The notes under the pieces are model-generated. The model ran no database searches and was not told where the DNA came from. It saw only the letters and a program-made list of their open reading frames with translations. A stretch of 64,000 bases of DNA, taken from positions 32,001-96,000 of the forward strand of contig CAWDDT010000010.1 in NCBI GenBank assembly GCA_963801165.1, given 5' to 3'. The DNA comes from an uncultured bacterium. Lineage in GTDB: Bacteria > Actinomycetota > Acidimicrobiia > Spongiisociales > UBA5794. This document shows, piece by piece, positions 31,245 through 41,437 of the stretch; the stretch's first letter is position 1; every line of letters starts with the position of its first letter. The position numbers and the translations under genes are program-made.

Positions 31245-32684
31245 GTGCATGACGGCATCGATCCGCTCGTTTTTGGGCACCGGGTGCGGCATTTTCGCCA
31301 TGTCGCTGGGCTCACTCTCGATGAATTGGGGGAGAGAGTGCGCAAGCCCGCCCCGTTTCTTTCGCTGCTCGAGAACGGGAAGCGTGAGCCACGCCTCGGG
31401 CTGATCAATGCGCTCGCCGGGGCGCTCGATGTGTCGGTCTCGGAACTGCTGCTCCCGGACGCACCGAATCGTCGCTCCCGGTTGGAGATCGGCGTGGTGC
31501 GGGCTCAAGACGATCCGATCTACCGGGATCTCGAACTACCAATGCTCAAACCGGGTGCCAGGGTGCCAGATCTCGTTCTCGAGCACATCATGGCCCTGTT
31601 CGGTAAGCTCAAGGGAAGGGAGCAGGTGACGATGGCCACCCGCGAGGAGGCTCGGATCGCCAACTCCGAACTGCGCGCCGAGATGCGGGAACGAGGCAAC
31701 TACTTCGAGGAGATCGAGAAGGTGGCCGCCGAGGCGGTAGCCGCGGCCGGTTACGGCGGCGGCGGATTCACCGAGGGCACCATGCAGGCAATGGCAGCCC
31801 ATTTCGGTTTCGCCGTTCAGCGCTCGCGGGATCTGCCGACCTCTGTCCGATCGTTGACCGACCTGCGCAATCGGCGCATATACATCCCGCAGCGGGATTC
31901 CATCTCGGTGCGCGCAAGCCGTTCCGTCGTGCTGCAGACCCTCGGCCATTTTGCCCTCGACCATCCCGAGCCGCGCGACTTCGCCGACTTTCTCCGCCAG
32001 CGGGTGGAGGCGAACTACTTTGCCGGAGCGGCGCTGATGCCCGAGGTGTCGCTGGTGCCGTTCCTGCAACGAGCTAAGGACGAGCGGAATCTCGCTGTTG
32101 CCGACGTCAGGGACTCGTTCTACGTCTCCTACGAGATGGCGGCGCACCGGTTCACCAACCTCGCCACCAAGCACCTGGGGATTCCGGTCCACTTTGTCAG
32201 ATCCGACGAGCGAGGGATCATCTGGAAGGCATACGAGAACAACGGCGTCCCATTTCCGCGCAATTCCGTAGGTGCCATCGAGGGACAGCGGCTGTGCAGG
32301 CAATGGGGCACCCGTCAGGCCTTCAAGTCGGAAGACCGCTACTCGATCCGGTTCCAGTACACCGACACTCCCCTCGGGACGTTCTGGTGCGCAACCCGGG
32401 TCGAGGAGGCACCCGCGCCGGCGCATGCGGTCACAGTCGGAGTGGCTTTCAAGGATGCCCAGTACTTCCGGGGACGGGAAACGGAGCACCGCTCGGTGTC
32501 GCGGTGTCCCGAGGGCCCGTGCTGTCGCCGGCCGAGCGATGAGCTTGCGGCCAGGTGGGATGGTTGGGCGTTTCCGTCGGTGCGTCCCAACAGCCACGTC
32601 CTCGCCGCTATGCCGGTCGAGACGATTCCGGGCGTCGACACCACGGAGATCTACGAGTTCCTCGACACCCATTCCAGAGACTGA
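31245..32684 (+). CDS. XRE-family regulator with an IrrE/M78-like domain (RamB/ScfR-like glyoxylate-shunt regulator)
   Basis: N-terminal HTH (LSLLENGKREP), EANYFAGA.LMP and a Cys-rich C-terminus. Divergent from aceBA. Confidence 0.85.
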   Translation: MHDGIDPLVFGHRVRHFRHVAGLTLDELGERVRKPAPFLSLLENGKREPRLGLINALAGALDVSVSELLLPDAPNRRSRLEIGVVRAQDDPIYRDLELPMLKPGARVPDLVLEHIMALFGKLKGREQVTMATREEARIANSELRAEMRERGNYFEEIEKVAAEAVAAAGYGGGGFTEGTMQAMAAHFGFAVQRSRDLPTSVRSLTDLRNRRIYIPQRDSISVRASRSVVLQTLGHFALDHPEPRDFADFLRQRVEANYFAGAALMPEVSLVPFLQRAKDERNLAVADVRDSFYVSYEMAAHRFTNLATKHLGIPVHFVRSDERGIIWKAYENNGVPFPRNSVGAIEGQRLCRQWGTRQAFKSEDRYSIRFQYTDTPLGTFWCATRVEEAPAPAHAVTVGVAFKDAQYFRGRETEHRSVSRCPEGPCCRRPSDELAARWDGWAFPSVRPNSHVLAAMPVETIPGVDTTEIYEFLDTHSRD

Positions 32685-32758
32685 ACGGTCCGCTCACCCG
32701 GGAGGAAGTCGCTGCATAGATGCGTGAATTCGCGTCTCGAGTTGCCGACGAGTAAGGG

Positions 32759-34468
32759 ATGACTCCGGTTCTGATAAGACGTGTAGGTGTCGCACTCGCC
32801 GCCGTTGGGGGCGCTGTCGCGTTCGCCCTTGCGTTCGGCATGCTCTCCGCCGACGCCTCGGTCGTGGCGAGCGACGTGGTGTATCCGGTTGTCGCCATCG
32901 GTGCCGGTTTGCTGTTGATCGCGGGTGCCTTCAACAGGACCGGGGCGGAGCGGGTTTCATGGCTATTAATCGGATCTGGTGTCGTCCTGCTCGGGCTCGG
33001 CGAGCTCACATGGATCTGGTACGAGCTGGTGCTCGACAGCGAACCGCCGTTCCCCGGGCTCCCCGACATCTTCTACCTTGCAGCGTACCCCGTGCTGGTG
33101 AGCGCCATGTTGGTGACACCCCGGCTCGCAGCCAACCGTTACCAGCGCAGTCAGCAGCTGATAGATGGCGTGGTCATTACGGCAGGTTTGTCTTTCATCA
33201 CCTGGGTCGTGGTGCTCGGGCCGATGTACCGGGCGGCCGGGGAGGGCACACTGGCCGAGTTCATCGTCGGGGCTGCTTACCCCGTGGGCGATGTGCTGGT
33301 CGTGGCCGCTGCGGTGACCATCGGGATAAGAAGGAGCTGGCGTCTCCGCGACCGATCGCTGTGGTGTGTTGTCGGGGCATTGCTGGTGACTGCGATCGGA
33401 GACCTCGTCTACCTCACGGAGAGCTGGTCGGACTCTTACGTGTCCGGCTCGTGGGTAGATGCCACGTGGCTGGGCGCGTACGCGTTGTTTGCCCTCGCGG
33501 CAGTATGGCTCCCGGATGCCGTTGAACGGCGCCGACCTCGTGAGCGGCGGCTGCCGCTTGCTCACGTCCTGATCCCGGCCGCCGTTGTGTTTCTCATTGT
33601 CGGCGTCTATGTCGGCAAGAAGGTGATGGCGGGCGATGTGTCGGGTCTGCCCTACGAGATCGGATTCTCGGTGCTCGGGATGTTCGTCATTGCGCGGATA
33701 CTGGTTGCAGTCGCCGAGGATCGGCATCTCCTCGACACCGAGCGAACCCAGCTCGTATCAGTCGTCTCCCATGAGTTGCGCACCCCTCTGACAGCAGTGC
33801 AGGGGTATTTGGATCTGGTACTGGAGGACTGGGAAGCGCTCTCGGACGCAGAACGCATCGAGATGGTCGGGATCGCCAGAGACGAAGCCGGCCTGGTCAC
33901 TAGGATCGTCACCGATCTCATCGCAACGAGCCGCGACGACCTGCACGCGACGGAGCTGACCATCGAGCCGGTCGACGTTGGTGCTGTCGTGTCCGAGATT
34001 GCGCTTGTTGCGGTCCGGAGGCTGCGGGTCGATATCGAGGTACCGGTCGGAACGACGGTGGGTGCCGACCGGGAACGATTTGCGCAAATCGTCACCAACT
34101 TGCTCAGCAACGCCGATAGGTACGGTGCCAGCCGGGTGGTGTGCGAAGCGCGTCGGGTCAACGGGCATGTCGAGATCGCAGTGCACGACGATGGGTCCGG
34201 TGTCCCGCCGCGGTATCAGGACAGCGTGTGGGAGCTGTTCGAGCGTGGATCGCACCGGTTCGACGCGGCGACGCCCGGCTCCGGTCTCGGTCTTGGCATC
34301 GTGAGATCGCTCGTAGCGGCGCACAGCGGGCAGGTCGGCTATCGCACGTCGGAGATCCTGGGGGGCGCCTGCTTCTGGGTGAGGCTCCCGGCATTGACCG
34401 GGCCGAGCGAGGATCGGGTGGCCGTTGCGGCTGCTGCGGGGTCGCCACGCGTTGCGGCAGACGGGTAG
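32759..34468 (+). CDS. multi-TM sensor histidine kinase
   Basis: SHELRTPL, NLLSNA, DDGSG and GSGLGL motifs. Confidence 0.93.
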   Translation: MTPVLIRRVGVALAAVGGAVAFALAFGMLSADASVVASDVVYPVVAIGAGLLLIAGAFNRTGAERVSWLLIGSGVVLLGLGELTWIWYELVLDSEPPFPGLPDIFYLAAYPVLVSAMLVTPRLAANRYQRSQQLIDGVVITAGLSFITWVVVLGPMYRAAGEGTLAEFIVGAAYPVGDVLVVAAAVTIGIRRSWRLRDRSLWCVVGALLVTAIGDLVYLTESWSDSYVSGSWVDATWLGAYALFALAAVWLPDAVERRRPRERRLPLAHVLIPAAVVFLIVGVYVGKKVMAGDVSGLPYEIGFSVLGMFVIARILVAVAEDRHLLDTERTQLVSVVSHELRTPLTAVQGYLDLVLEDWEALSDAERIEMVGIARDEAGLVTRIVTDLIATSRDDLHATELTIEPVDVGAVVSEIALVAVRRLRVDIEVPVGTTVGADRERFAQIVTNLLSNADRYGASRVVCEARRVNGHVEIAVHDDGSGVPPRYQDSVWELFERGSHRFDAATPGSGLGLGIVRSLVAAHSGQVGYRTSEILGGACFWVRLPALTGPSEDRVAVAAAAGSPRVAADG

Positions 34469-34496
34469 CCGGCACCCGACCCCGGCGTATCCCTCG

Positions 34497-34560
34497 GTCG
34501 TAGTGTGAAACCGTCGTAGTGTGAAACCGTCGTAGTGTGAAACCGTCGTAGTGTGAAACG
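34497..34560. repeat. 16-bp tandem repeat GTCGTAGTGTGAAACC x4
   Basis: Read directly, intergenic. Confidence 0.95.
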
Positions 34561-34587
34561 TCCCTTGGCCTGCCTACAGTGGCCGAT

Positions 34588-35013
34588 ATGGAAGCGATGG
34601 TTGCCGTCGAAGTGCCGCTGATCGGCGACGCCCGGCTCAAGAACTGGGCAAAAGTCGTTGCCAACGTCGACGAATCGAAGGCAAATGGATGGGCCTTCGA
34701 CGGCGAGTTCATAGCGGCCGGGGGCATCCAGGACGTACCGGTCGGGTCGGTTGTGATGGTCTACGGTGAGCGTGGATCGCGCGTCAACCCGCAAATCGAG
34801 GCAAGCGTGTTCGTCGCCAACGGTGACGGGACTCTGTCACTCATCCAGTCGGCGAGTGGGCGGGCTTGGGCGAGAACTCTACGAGACCGCACCGCCGAGC
34901 TGCTGACCGATCGGGCCGATTCGTGGCCGAGTGGTCTGGCCTGGGACGAGAGCTTGATCCATTACAGCGACGGTGCGATTCTCGAAGAGCTGCGCCGTCG
35001 CGGCCTGACATAG
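34588..35013 (+). CDS. hypothetical protein
   Basis: Good codon usage, with a TACAGT -10 hexamer 7 nt before the ATG. Confidence 0.7.
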   Translation: MEAMVAVEVPLIGDARLKNWAKVVANVDESKANGWAFDGEFIAAGGIQDVPVGSVVMVYGERGSRVNPQIEASVFVANGDGTLSLIQSASGRAWARTLRDRTAELLTDRADSWPSGLAWDESLIHYSDGAILEELRRRGLT

Positions 35014-35024
35014 GGGTGCGGGAT

Positions 35025-35810
35025 ATGCCATACGCCGAGTTCGATGATGTCCGGCTCCACATAAGACAGCGCGGATCAGGTCCGGTTGCCGTCTTCATCC
35101 ATGGGTTCCCGTTCGACTCGACGATGTGGATCGAGCAACTGGCGGCGCTGGAGGGCTTGCGCCGCTGCATCGCCGTCGACCTGCGTGGCTTCGGGCGCTC
35201 GTCTCCCGTGAGCGGTGATCCGCTGACTATGGAAAGTCACGCGGAAGATCTCGCAGCGGTGCTCGACATCGTTTCGGAGGAGCGCGCTGACATCGTCGGC
35301 CTCTCCATGGGCGGATACGTTGCTCTGGCGTTTGCCGAGTCATACCCGGACCGGATGCGGAGCCTGGCGCTCATCGACACCCGGGCAGGAGCGGACAGCC
35401 CGGAAGGCAAAGCGGGTCGTGATGCGATGGCTCGGCGGGTAGTCAGCGAGGGCAGAGCGGCGTTCGCCGAGTCGATGCAGGCCACCCTCCTCGGCCCGAA
35501 TGCATCGCTGAACGCACGGGCTCGTTTCCGCACGATGGTCGAAGGATGCCCATACGAGACATTGATCGGTGCACTGGCCGGCATGCGTGACCGGCCAGAC
35601 CGGACCTCGACATTGGGCTCGGTGGCGGTGCCGGCGATGGTCATGGTGGGGGACCAGGACGCCGTCACGCCACCCGAGCAGGCCGCCGAGATGGCGGCGG
35701 CGATTCCCGGGGCCACCCTGGTGACAATCGCCGACGCGGGGCATCTGACGCCGGTGGAGCAACCGCAAGCTGTCAGCACGGCTCTCGCCGAGTTTTACCG
35801 GCGAATCTGA
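35025..35810 (+). CDS. alpha/beta hydrolase (PcaD-like)
   Basis: HGFP, DLRGFG, GLSMGG and AGH motifs. Confidence 0.9.
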   Translation: MPYAEFDDVRLHIRQRGSGPVAVFIHGFPFDSTMWIEQLAALEGLRRCIAVDLRGFGRSSPVSGDPLTMESHAEDLAAVLDIVSEERADIVGLSMGGYVALAFAESYPDRMRSLALIDTRAGADSPEGKAGRDAMARRVVSEGRAAFAESMQATLLGPNASLNARARFRTMVEGCPYETLIGALAGMRDRPDRTSTLGSVAVPAMVMVGDQDAVTPPEQAAEMAAAIPGATLVTIADAGHLTPVEQPQAVSTALAEFYRRI

Positions 35811-35882
35811 CCGGCGAAGAATGCTTGCGGCATCCACCCTTCGGTATTTACGCTGCGCCCGTCGCTTGCCTGCTGTCGGCCG

Positions 35883-37232
35883 ATGAATGGAGTGGGGTTG
35901 AAGAACGACAAACGCACCATTTTCGGCTGGGCGATGTACGACTGGGCGAACTCGGCGTACATCACCACGGCGGGGGCGATCATCGCCGCATTCTTCACGG
36001 GTGAGATCGTCTCAGACCAGGGTTGGCACGGTCTGAGTGGGGAGACTCTGTGGGCATGGGTGGTCTCGGCGGGGGCGTTGCTCTTGTTCCTGGCAATGCC
36101 GGTCCTCGGTGCGGTTGCAGACTTCAGTGCGGCGAAACGGCGTTACCTGCGCGCCTTTGCTTTCTTCGGCGCCGCGACAACTGTGGTGCTGGCGACGGTA
36201 CCTGCCAACTCGGTGGTGGCATTTCTCGGCGTCTTCCTGCTCACCAATATCGGGTTTGTCGGCGCCAACGTGTTCTATGACGGCTTCCTACCCGACATCT
36301 CGACCGACGCGACGATCGACCGGGTGTCCTCGAAGGGCTATGCGTTCGGCTACATCGGTGGTGGCCTCTATGTGGCGCTGGCGTTTGTGGCGATCAGCCT
36401 CACCAAGAACGATCTCGGTGACGTTCGTCCCGCGATGGTCCGATTGGCCATCGCCGGAGCGGGGGTTTGGTGGGTGGGCTGGTCTCTCTATTGCCTGCGG
36501 TTGTTGCCGGACTCGGGTGAGGCCCAACCGTTGCCCGCCGAGCTGGCAGGAGTTTCAACGGTGGTGGCATACGCCCGGATCGGGTTTGGCCGGACCATGG
36601 CAACCGCCCGCAAGCTGCTCGGTTTCAAGCAGCTCCTACTGTTCGTCATCGCCTTCATGATCTACAACGATGGGACCCAGACTGTCATCAATGTCAGTGG
36701 CGCATACGCCGAGGACACTCTCGGACTCGACACAACCCAGATCATCGTTGCGTTTCTGATCGTCCAGTTCATCGCCTTCGGCGGCGCCCTCTGGTTCGGC
36801 TACCTCTCCGATCGCATCGGGCCGAAGCGCTCCATCCTCATCGCCCTTGTCGTCTGGACCGCTATCGCGATCGGCGGCTACTTCCTCCCGGAAGGCAACG
36901 CCGTGCCGCTCTATCTCCTGGCGGTGGTGATCGGATTCGTGTTGGGTGGCGTCCAGGCGCTTTCCCGTAGTCTGTACGGATCGATGATCCCCGAGGAGGC
37001 TTCTGCGGAGTTCTTCGGGTTCTTCACCGTCTTCTCGAAGTTCTCGGCAATCTGGGGACCGCTGTTGTTTGGCATCGTCAGTGCAGCCACCGACTCGGGT
37101 CGGCCCGCCATCATCTCGATCGTCGTGTTCTTTGCGGTCGGTGGAGTACTGCTGAGCAGAGTGGACATCGACGCCGCCAGACAGTCCAGAGATCGCTGGT
37201 CGTTCGAAGGGGCTACAGCCGAGGCCGAGTAA
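35883..37232 (+). CDS. MFS transporter (UMF1/Atg22 family)
   Basis: WAMYDWANSA, QALSRS and EFFGFF motifs. Confidence 0.9.
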   Translation: MNGVGLKNDKRTIFGWAMYDWANSAYITTAGAIIAAFFTGEIVSDQGWHGLSGETLWAWVVSAGALLLFLAMPVLGAVADFSAAKRRYLRAFAFFGAATTVVLATVPANSVVAFLGVFLLTNIGFVGANVFYDGFLPDISTDATIDRVSSKGYAFGYIGGGLYVALAFVAISLTKNDLGDVRPAMVRLAIAGAGVWWVGWSLYCLRLLPDSGEAQPLPAELAGVSTVVAYARIGFGRTMATARKLLGFKQLLLFVIAFMIYNDGTQTVINVSGAYAEDTLGLDTTQIIVAFLIVQFIAFGGALWFGYLSDRIGPKRSILIALVVWTAIAIGGYFLPEGNAVPLYLLAVVIGFVLGGVQALSRSLYGSMIPEEASAEFFGFFTVFSKFSAIWGPLLFGIVSAATDSGRPAIISIVVFFAVGGVLLSRVDIDAARQSRDRWSFEGATAEAE

Positions 37233-37259
37233 ACCGCCAGACACGGTACCGTGCCTCGC

Positions 37260-38483
37260 ATGCGGAAACTGGTCGCGATGATTCTCCCCGCCGTGCTGGC
37301 CGCGGCCTGCAGCAGCGGCGAGACCCCGGCGTCGTCGAGCTCTCTGAACACGACAACCGTATCCTCTGGAACGGCGGCCACGACGTCAACTTCCGCTCCC
37401 GATTCCACCACGGCAGGGTCAACGGCGACCACCGCCGCGACGACACAGGCGCTCCGTCCCCTGGCCGACATCGTGCTCGGGAGCACGGAAGTGTGGAACG
37501 GGTTCGAATCGCCTGTATTGATGCTGACGCCACCCAACGACTCGCGGCTGTTTGTCGTGGAACAGCCGGGACGGGTGGACGTGATAGATGGGGGAGCCCC
37601 CGAGGTGTTCTTTGACATCACCGACCGGGTTCGGTTCCAGGGCGAGCAGGGCCTGCTCGGTCTCGCCTTTCCCCCGGATTTTGCAGATAGTGACGTCTTT
37701 TACCTGGACTACGTCAACAACGACGGCGACACAGTCATCGCGTCGATGCGGGCCGATGGCAACGTTGGGCTGGTCGGCTCCCTCACCGAGATATTGCGCA
37801 TCGATCAGCCCGCGGCGAACCACAACGGCGGAATGGTCCAGTTCGGTCCTGACGGCAATCTGTGGATCGGCATGGGTGACGGTGGCGGCGCCAATGATCA
37901 GTTCGGTAACGGGCAGCGGGAAGAGACACCTCTGGCGGCTCTTCTCCGCATCACGGTGGGTCCCGGCGTTGACGGCTATCAGATACCCGGCGGCAACCGG
38001 GCGGGCGAGGTTTGGGCAATCGGCCTGCGCAACCCGTGGCGATGGACCTTCGATGGTAACGATCTGTGGATCGCCGACGTCGGGCAGAACCGTATCGAAG
38101 AGGTGGACCTGATCGATTGGCGAGACGGAACCCCCAACTTCGGTTGGTCGATACAGGAAGGCTCGTCGTGTTTCGGTGGCGGCGACTGTGACAAGACCGG
38201 GCTCGTCCAACCACTGTATGAGTACACCCACGACGAGGGCTGCTCGATCACCGGTGGTTCGGTGTACCACGGCACCGCCATTCCGGAACTGGCCGGTCAG
38301 TTCTTTTTCGGCGACTATTGCGGCGGCTGGGTGCGCAGCATCGACAAGAGCGGCAACGTCAAGGAGTGGTTCCCCGCCCGTACCTTCCCGGGCACGATCG
38401 GCTTCGGGGTCGATGCAGCGGGGGAGATCTACGTGCTGACCAATCAGGGCACGATCAACCGGCTCGTGGAGGCCGGGAACTGA
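37260..38483 (+). CDS. PQQ-dependent glucose/sorbosone dehydrogenase family lipoprotein
   Basis: Lipobox AAAC, EQGLLGLAF, NHNGG, GDGG and GLRNPWR motifs. Confidence 0.9.
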   Translation: MRKLVAMILPAVLAAACSSGETPASSSSLNTTTVSSGTAATTSTSAPDSTTAGSTATTAATTQALRPLADIVLGSTEVWNGFESPVLMLTPPNDSRLFVVEQPGRVDVIDGGAPEVFFDITDRVRFQGEQGLLGLAFPPDFADSDVFYLDYVNNDGDTVIASMRADGNVGLVGSLTEILRIDQPAANHNGGMVQFGPDGNLWIGMGDGGGANDQFGNGQREETPLAALLRITVGPGVDGYQIPGGNRAGEVWAIGLRNPWRWTFDGNDLWIADVGQNRIEEVDLIDWRDGTPNFGWSIQEGSSCFGGGDCDKTGLVQPLYEYTHDEGCSITGGSVYHGTAIPELAGQFFFGDYCGGWVRSIDKSGNVKEWFPARTFPGTIGFGVDAAGEIYVLTNQGTINRLVEAGN

Positions 38484-38486
38484 GCT

Positions 38487-39137
38487 CTATTCGGCGACCT
38501 CGAGATCGCTGATCGCCGCTCGGAATGCGGCGGCCTCCGCCCTCCGGCTCATGTCGAGCTTGTGCAGCAGCGCCGACACGTAGTTTTTGACGGTCTTCTC
38601 CGCCAGATTCAGCTCGTCTGCGATCTGGCGGTTGGTGAGCCCGTCGGCAATGAGCGAGAGGACCCGACGCTCCTGTGGGGAGAGACGATCTAGCCGTTCG
38701 GCGAGCTGCGCCTCGGCCCCGCCCGTAACGAGGGCAGCTTCTGCCTTTTCGTCGATCACGAGGTCCTCACCGGCAACGACCCTGCGTATGGTGTCGACGA
38801 GCGACTTGAGCGCCATCCGCTTGACCAGATAGCCGGAGGCACCGGCGTCGATGGCGTCGCGGAGCAAATCGAGATCCGCATACGTGGTGAAGATCACGAC
38901 CTTTGTGGCCGGGTGGCTCTCCCTGATCTTGCGAGTCGCATCGATACCGGATCCGTCACCGAGCCGGATGTCCATCAACACGACATCGGGTTCGAGACGA
39001 TCGACGCAGTCGAGAGCGTCGGCACAGTTGCCCGCTTCCGCCACGAGAGTCATATCGCTCTGGCTATCGATGTATGAGGCGACACCCGCCCTGACTACGT
39101 AGTGGTCGTCGACGACCAGAACCCGAATTGCTGCCAT
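38487..39137 (-). CDS. NarL/DosR-like response regulator
   Basis: Receiver domain plus LuxR HTH (GLTNRQIA..LAEKTVKNYVS). Confidence 0.92.
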   Translation of the reverse strand: MAAIRVLVVDDHYVVRAGVASYIDSQSDMTLVAEAGNCADALDCVDRLEPDVVLMDIRLGDGSGIDATRKIRESHPATKVVIFTTYADLDLLRDAIDAGASGYLVKRMALKSLVDTIRRVVAGEDLVIDEKAEAALVTGGAEAQLAERLDRLSPQERRVLSLIADGLTNRQIADELNLAEKTVKNYVSALLHKLDMSRRAEAAAFRAAISDLEVAE

Positions 39138-39212
39138 ATAGCCATGACCCTAACGCGGGAATAGGCACTTCCGACACCACCACATGCAATTCGGTTTATG
39201 TGAGCGGTCCGG

Positions 39213-39881
39213 CTACTCGTCCGGCCATTCCTCTGCGGGGTATTTTGCGTCGCGATCGGCGATGTGTCGCGCCATGTAGGCCGCCGCCTCGTTGCGGTTG
39301 CGCAGACCGAGTTTTGCCAGAAGCCGGGAAATGTAGTTCTTGACTGTCTTCTCGGCGAGGAACACCCGGTCGGCGATCTCGCGGTTGGTGAGACCGTCGG
39401 CTATGAGCTCCAGGATGCGGATCTCCCGCTCGGAGAGTTGTGAGAACACCGGGTCGCCGACACTGTGGCCCCGTATCTGGTTGAAGAGTTTCGCCGTAGC
39501 CGCCGGGTCGATTACCGAGGTGCCCTCGTTGACGCTGCGGACGGCTTCGACGATACGGCCACCGTCGATTCGCTTCACTAGATACCCGGAGGCACCTGCC
39601 AGGATCGCCTCGTGGACCGTTTCCTCGTCAACGTGCGAGGACAGCATTAGAACCCGAACGTCGGGGAAGCGCTCGACGATCGTACGGCATGCGGTGACAC
39701 CGCTCATGTCGGGCAGACGAACATCCATGATCACGACGTCGGGTGAGTCATAGCCGGCACGGCGGATCGCCGAAGCGCCTGTGGCGGCCTCGCCTGCGAC
39801 TTCGATGTCGTCCTGGGACGAGAGAAGAGCCCGGAGACCCTCTCGCACCACGGGATGATCGTCTACTACCAATACACGCAA
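39213..39881 (-). CDS. NarL/DosR-like response regulator
   Basis: Receiver domain plus GLTNREIA..LAEKTVKNY. TTG start inferred from a GAGGA RBS. Confidence 0.92.
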   Translation of the reverse strand: MRVLVVDDHPVVREGLRALLSSQDDIEVAGEAATGASAIRRAGYDSPDVVIMDVRLPDMSGVTACRTIVERFPDVRVLMLSSHVDEETVHEAILAGASGYLVKRIDGGRIVEAVRSVNEGTSVIDPAATAKLFNQIRGHSVGDPVFSQLSEREIRILELIADGLTNREIADRVFLAEKTVKNYISRLLAKLGLRNRNEAAAYMARHIADRDAKYPAEEWPDE

Positions 39882-39954
39882 AGTGTTTCCTCTCGCTCCG
39901 TTCCACGCTAGCCAAATGCCCGAACCGCAGTACGTGCCATCCGCCCCGAACCGG

Positions 39955-39968
39955 GGGACATTCGGCCC
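39955..39968. promoter_or_regulatory. DosR/DevR-type box GGGACATTCGGCCC
   Basis: Fits GGGAC-N4-G(T/G)CCC, between the divergent regulator and kinase genes. Confidence 0.7.
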
Positions 39969-39997
39969 CAACCAGAACGGCGAGGTATCGTTCGTCC

Positions 39998-41107
39998 ATG
40001 GAATCTACCGCCGAGCGTGACCGCTTCGCCGCATTGCTCGATGCTGCCGCCCAGGTATCGGAGCAGGAAGAGCTACATGGGCTCCTCGAGTCTCTGGTCG
40101 ACATAGCGATGGGTCTTACCGGTGCCGCCTTCGGGGCACTCGGAGTCGTTGGCGCCCACGGCTTCCTCGTCGACTTCATCCACAAGGGGATGCCGAAGGA
40201 GGACGTAGATGCGATCGGTCATCTCCCCCTCGGTCTCGGTTTGCTCGGTGCCATCACCCGTGGCGAGACCATCCGGGTCGACCAGATCTCGTCCCACCCG
40301 GATTCGGCCGGAATGCCGGCGGGCCATCCGGACATGCAGACGTTTCTCGGTGTGCCCTTGCGAACCCGCAACGAGGCGTTTGGGAATATCTACCTGGCGG
40401 GCAAAGCGGACGGCTTCACCGACGACGACGAGCGAACGATCGAAACGTTGTCACTCATTGCAAGTGCCGCAGTGGCCAACGTGCGGATCCACCGCCGGCT
40501 CCGGGAAGCGGCGGTTGCCGAGGATCGCGCCCGGATTGCCCGGGACGTGCACGATGACATCATCCAGGATCTCTTCGCCGTCGGCTTGTCACTGCAGGGT
40601 CTGGCGGATTCGCTCGAAGACGAAAGTGCCAGGAGGGTGGTTGGGACACAGGTCGAGCGCGTTGACGACTGCATAACGTCTTTGCGTCAGTTCATCTTCA
40701 ATCTGCGGCAACCAGGGTCCCACTCGCGCGACCTTGAGATCGAGGTGACCGAGCTTGTAGAGGAGCTAGCTGAGCCCTACTCGGCCGAGGTCGAGGTCGC
40801 CGTCGATTCGCTTGCCGACCGCTTCAGCACCGACATCACCGATGCGGTTCTACACATAGTGAAGGAAGCCACGAGCAACGCGCTCAGACACAGCAACAGC
40901 CCGCTCGTGCGTGTCCTCGTCACCGGAGGGTTCAGCAACCTGTCCGTCTCGGTGATCGACCACGGGATCGGCTTCGACGCCAACCGGTCTCACGAGGGGA
41001 TGGGTCTGGCGAACCTGCAGCAGCGGGCGGCCGATGTCGGCGGCGAGCTCGCAGTCAAGAGCAGCGACAACGGCACGACTGTGAGCCTCGTTCTGCCCAT
41101 TCGCTAG
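39998..41107 (+). CDS. DosS/DosT-like GAF sensor histidine kinase (HisKA_3)
   Basis: GAF segment HPDSAGMPAGHPDMQTFLGVP resembles the DosS heme-binding GAF-A. RIARDVHDDIIQ and GMGLANL motifs. Confidence 0.9.
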   Translation: MESTAERDRFAALLDAAAQVSEQEELHGLLESLVDIAMGLTGAAFGALGVVGAHGFLVDFIHKGMPKEDVDAIGHLPLGLGLLGAITRGETIRVDQISSHPDSAGMPAGHPDMQTFLGVPLRTRNEAFGNIYLAGKADGFTDDDERTIETLSLIASAAVANVRIHRRLREAAVAEDRARIARDVHDDIIQDLFAVGLSLQGLADSLEDESARRVVGTQVERVDDCITSLRQFIFNLRQPGSHSRDLEIEVTELVEELAEPYSAEVEVAVDSLADRFSTDITDAVLHIVKEATSNALRHSNSPLVRVLVTGGFSNLSVSVIDHGIGFDANRSHEGMGLANLQQRAADVGGELAVKSSDNGTTVSLVLPIR

Positions 41108-41296
41108 TGGTCTGTCGTTCAAGTGGTGCCGGGTATCGCCGTGATGAGCGCCCAGCCCTGCATCGCCGTTGTGGACCACGTCCCGGGGCTGGACCGGAGT
41201 TGTGCAGCACACTCCTCGCACCGCCGGTGCCTTGCCCGTCGTCGTTCTGAGACCGGCCGGAGGGTGTTTGCGAGACCCGTTATCGGGACGAGAAAT

Positions 41297-41341
41297 GGGA
41301 CTTTTGGGACTTTCGTCCCTGGCGGAAGGGACCAAAAGACT
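41297..41341. promoter_or_regulatory. cluster of DosR-type boxes upstream of the ba3 oxidase operon
   Basis: GGGACTTTCGTCCC at 41306-41319, plus weaker GGGAC sites at 41297 and 41328. Confidence 0.75.
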
Positions 41342-41437
41342 CACCCTCGGGGTATATGCAGGCTCTAATGTAACGCCCGTCGCGACAAGTTGCGACCATG
41401 ATTGTCGACAAAGCCGATCGAGTGAGTGGGGAGGACC

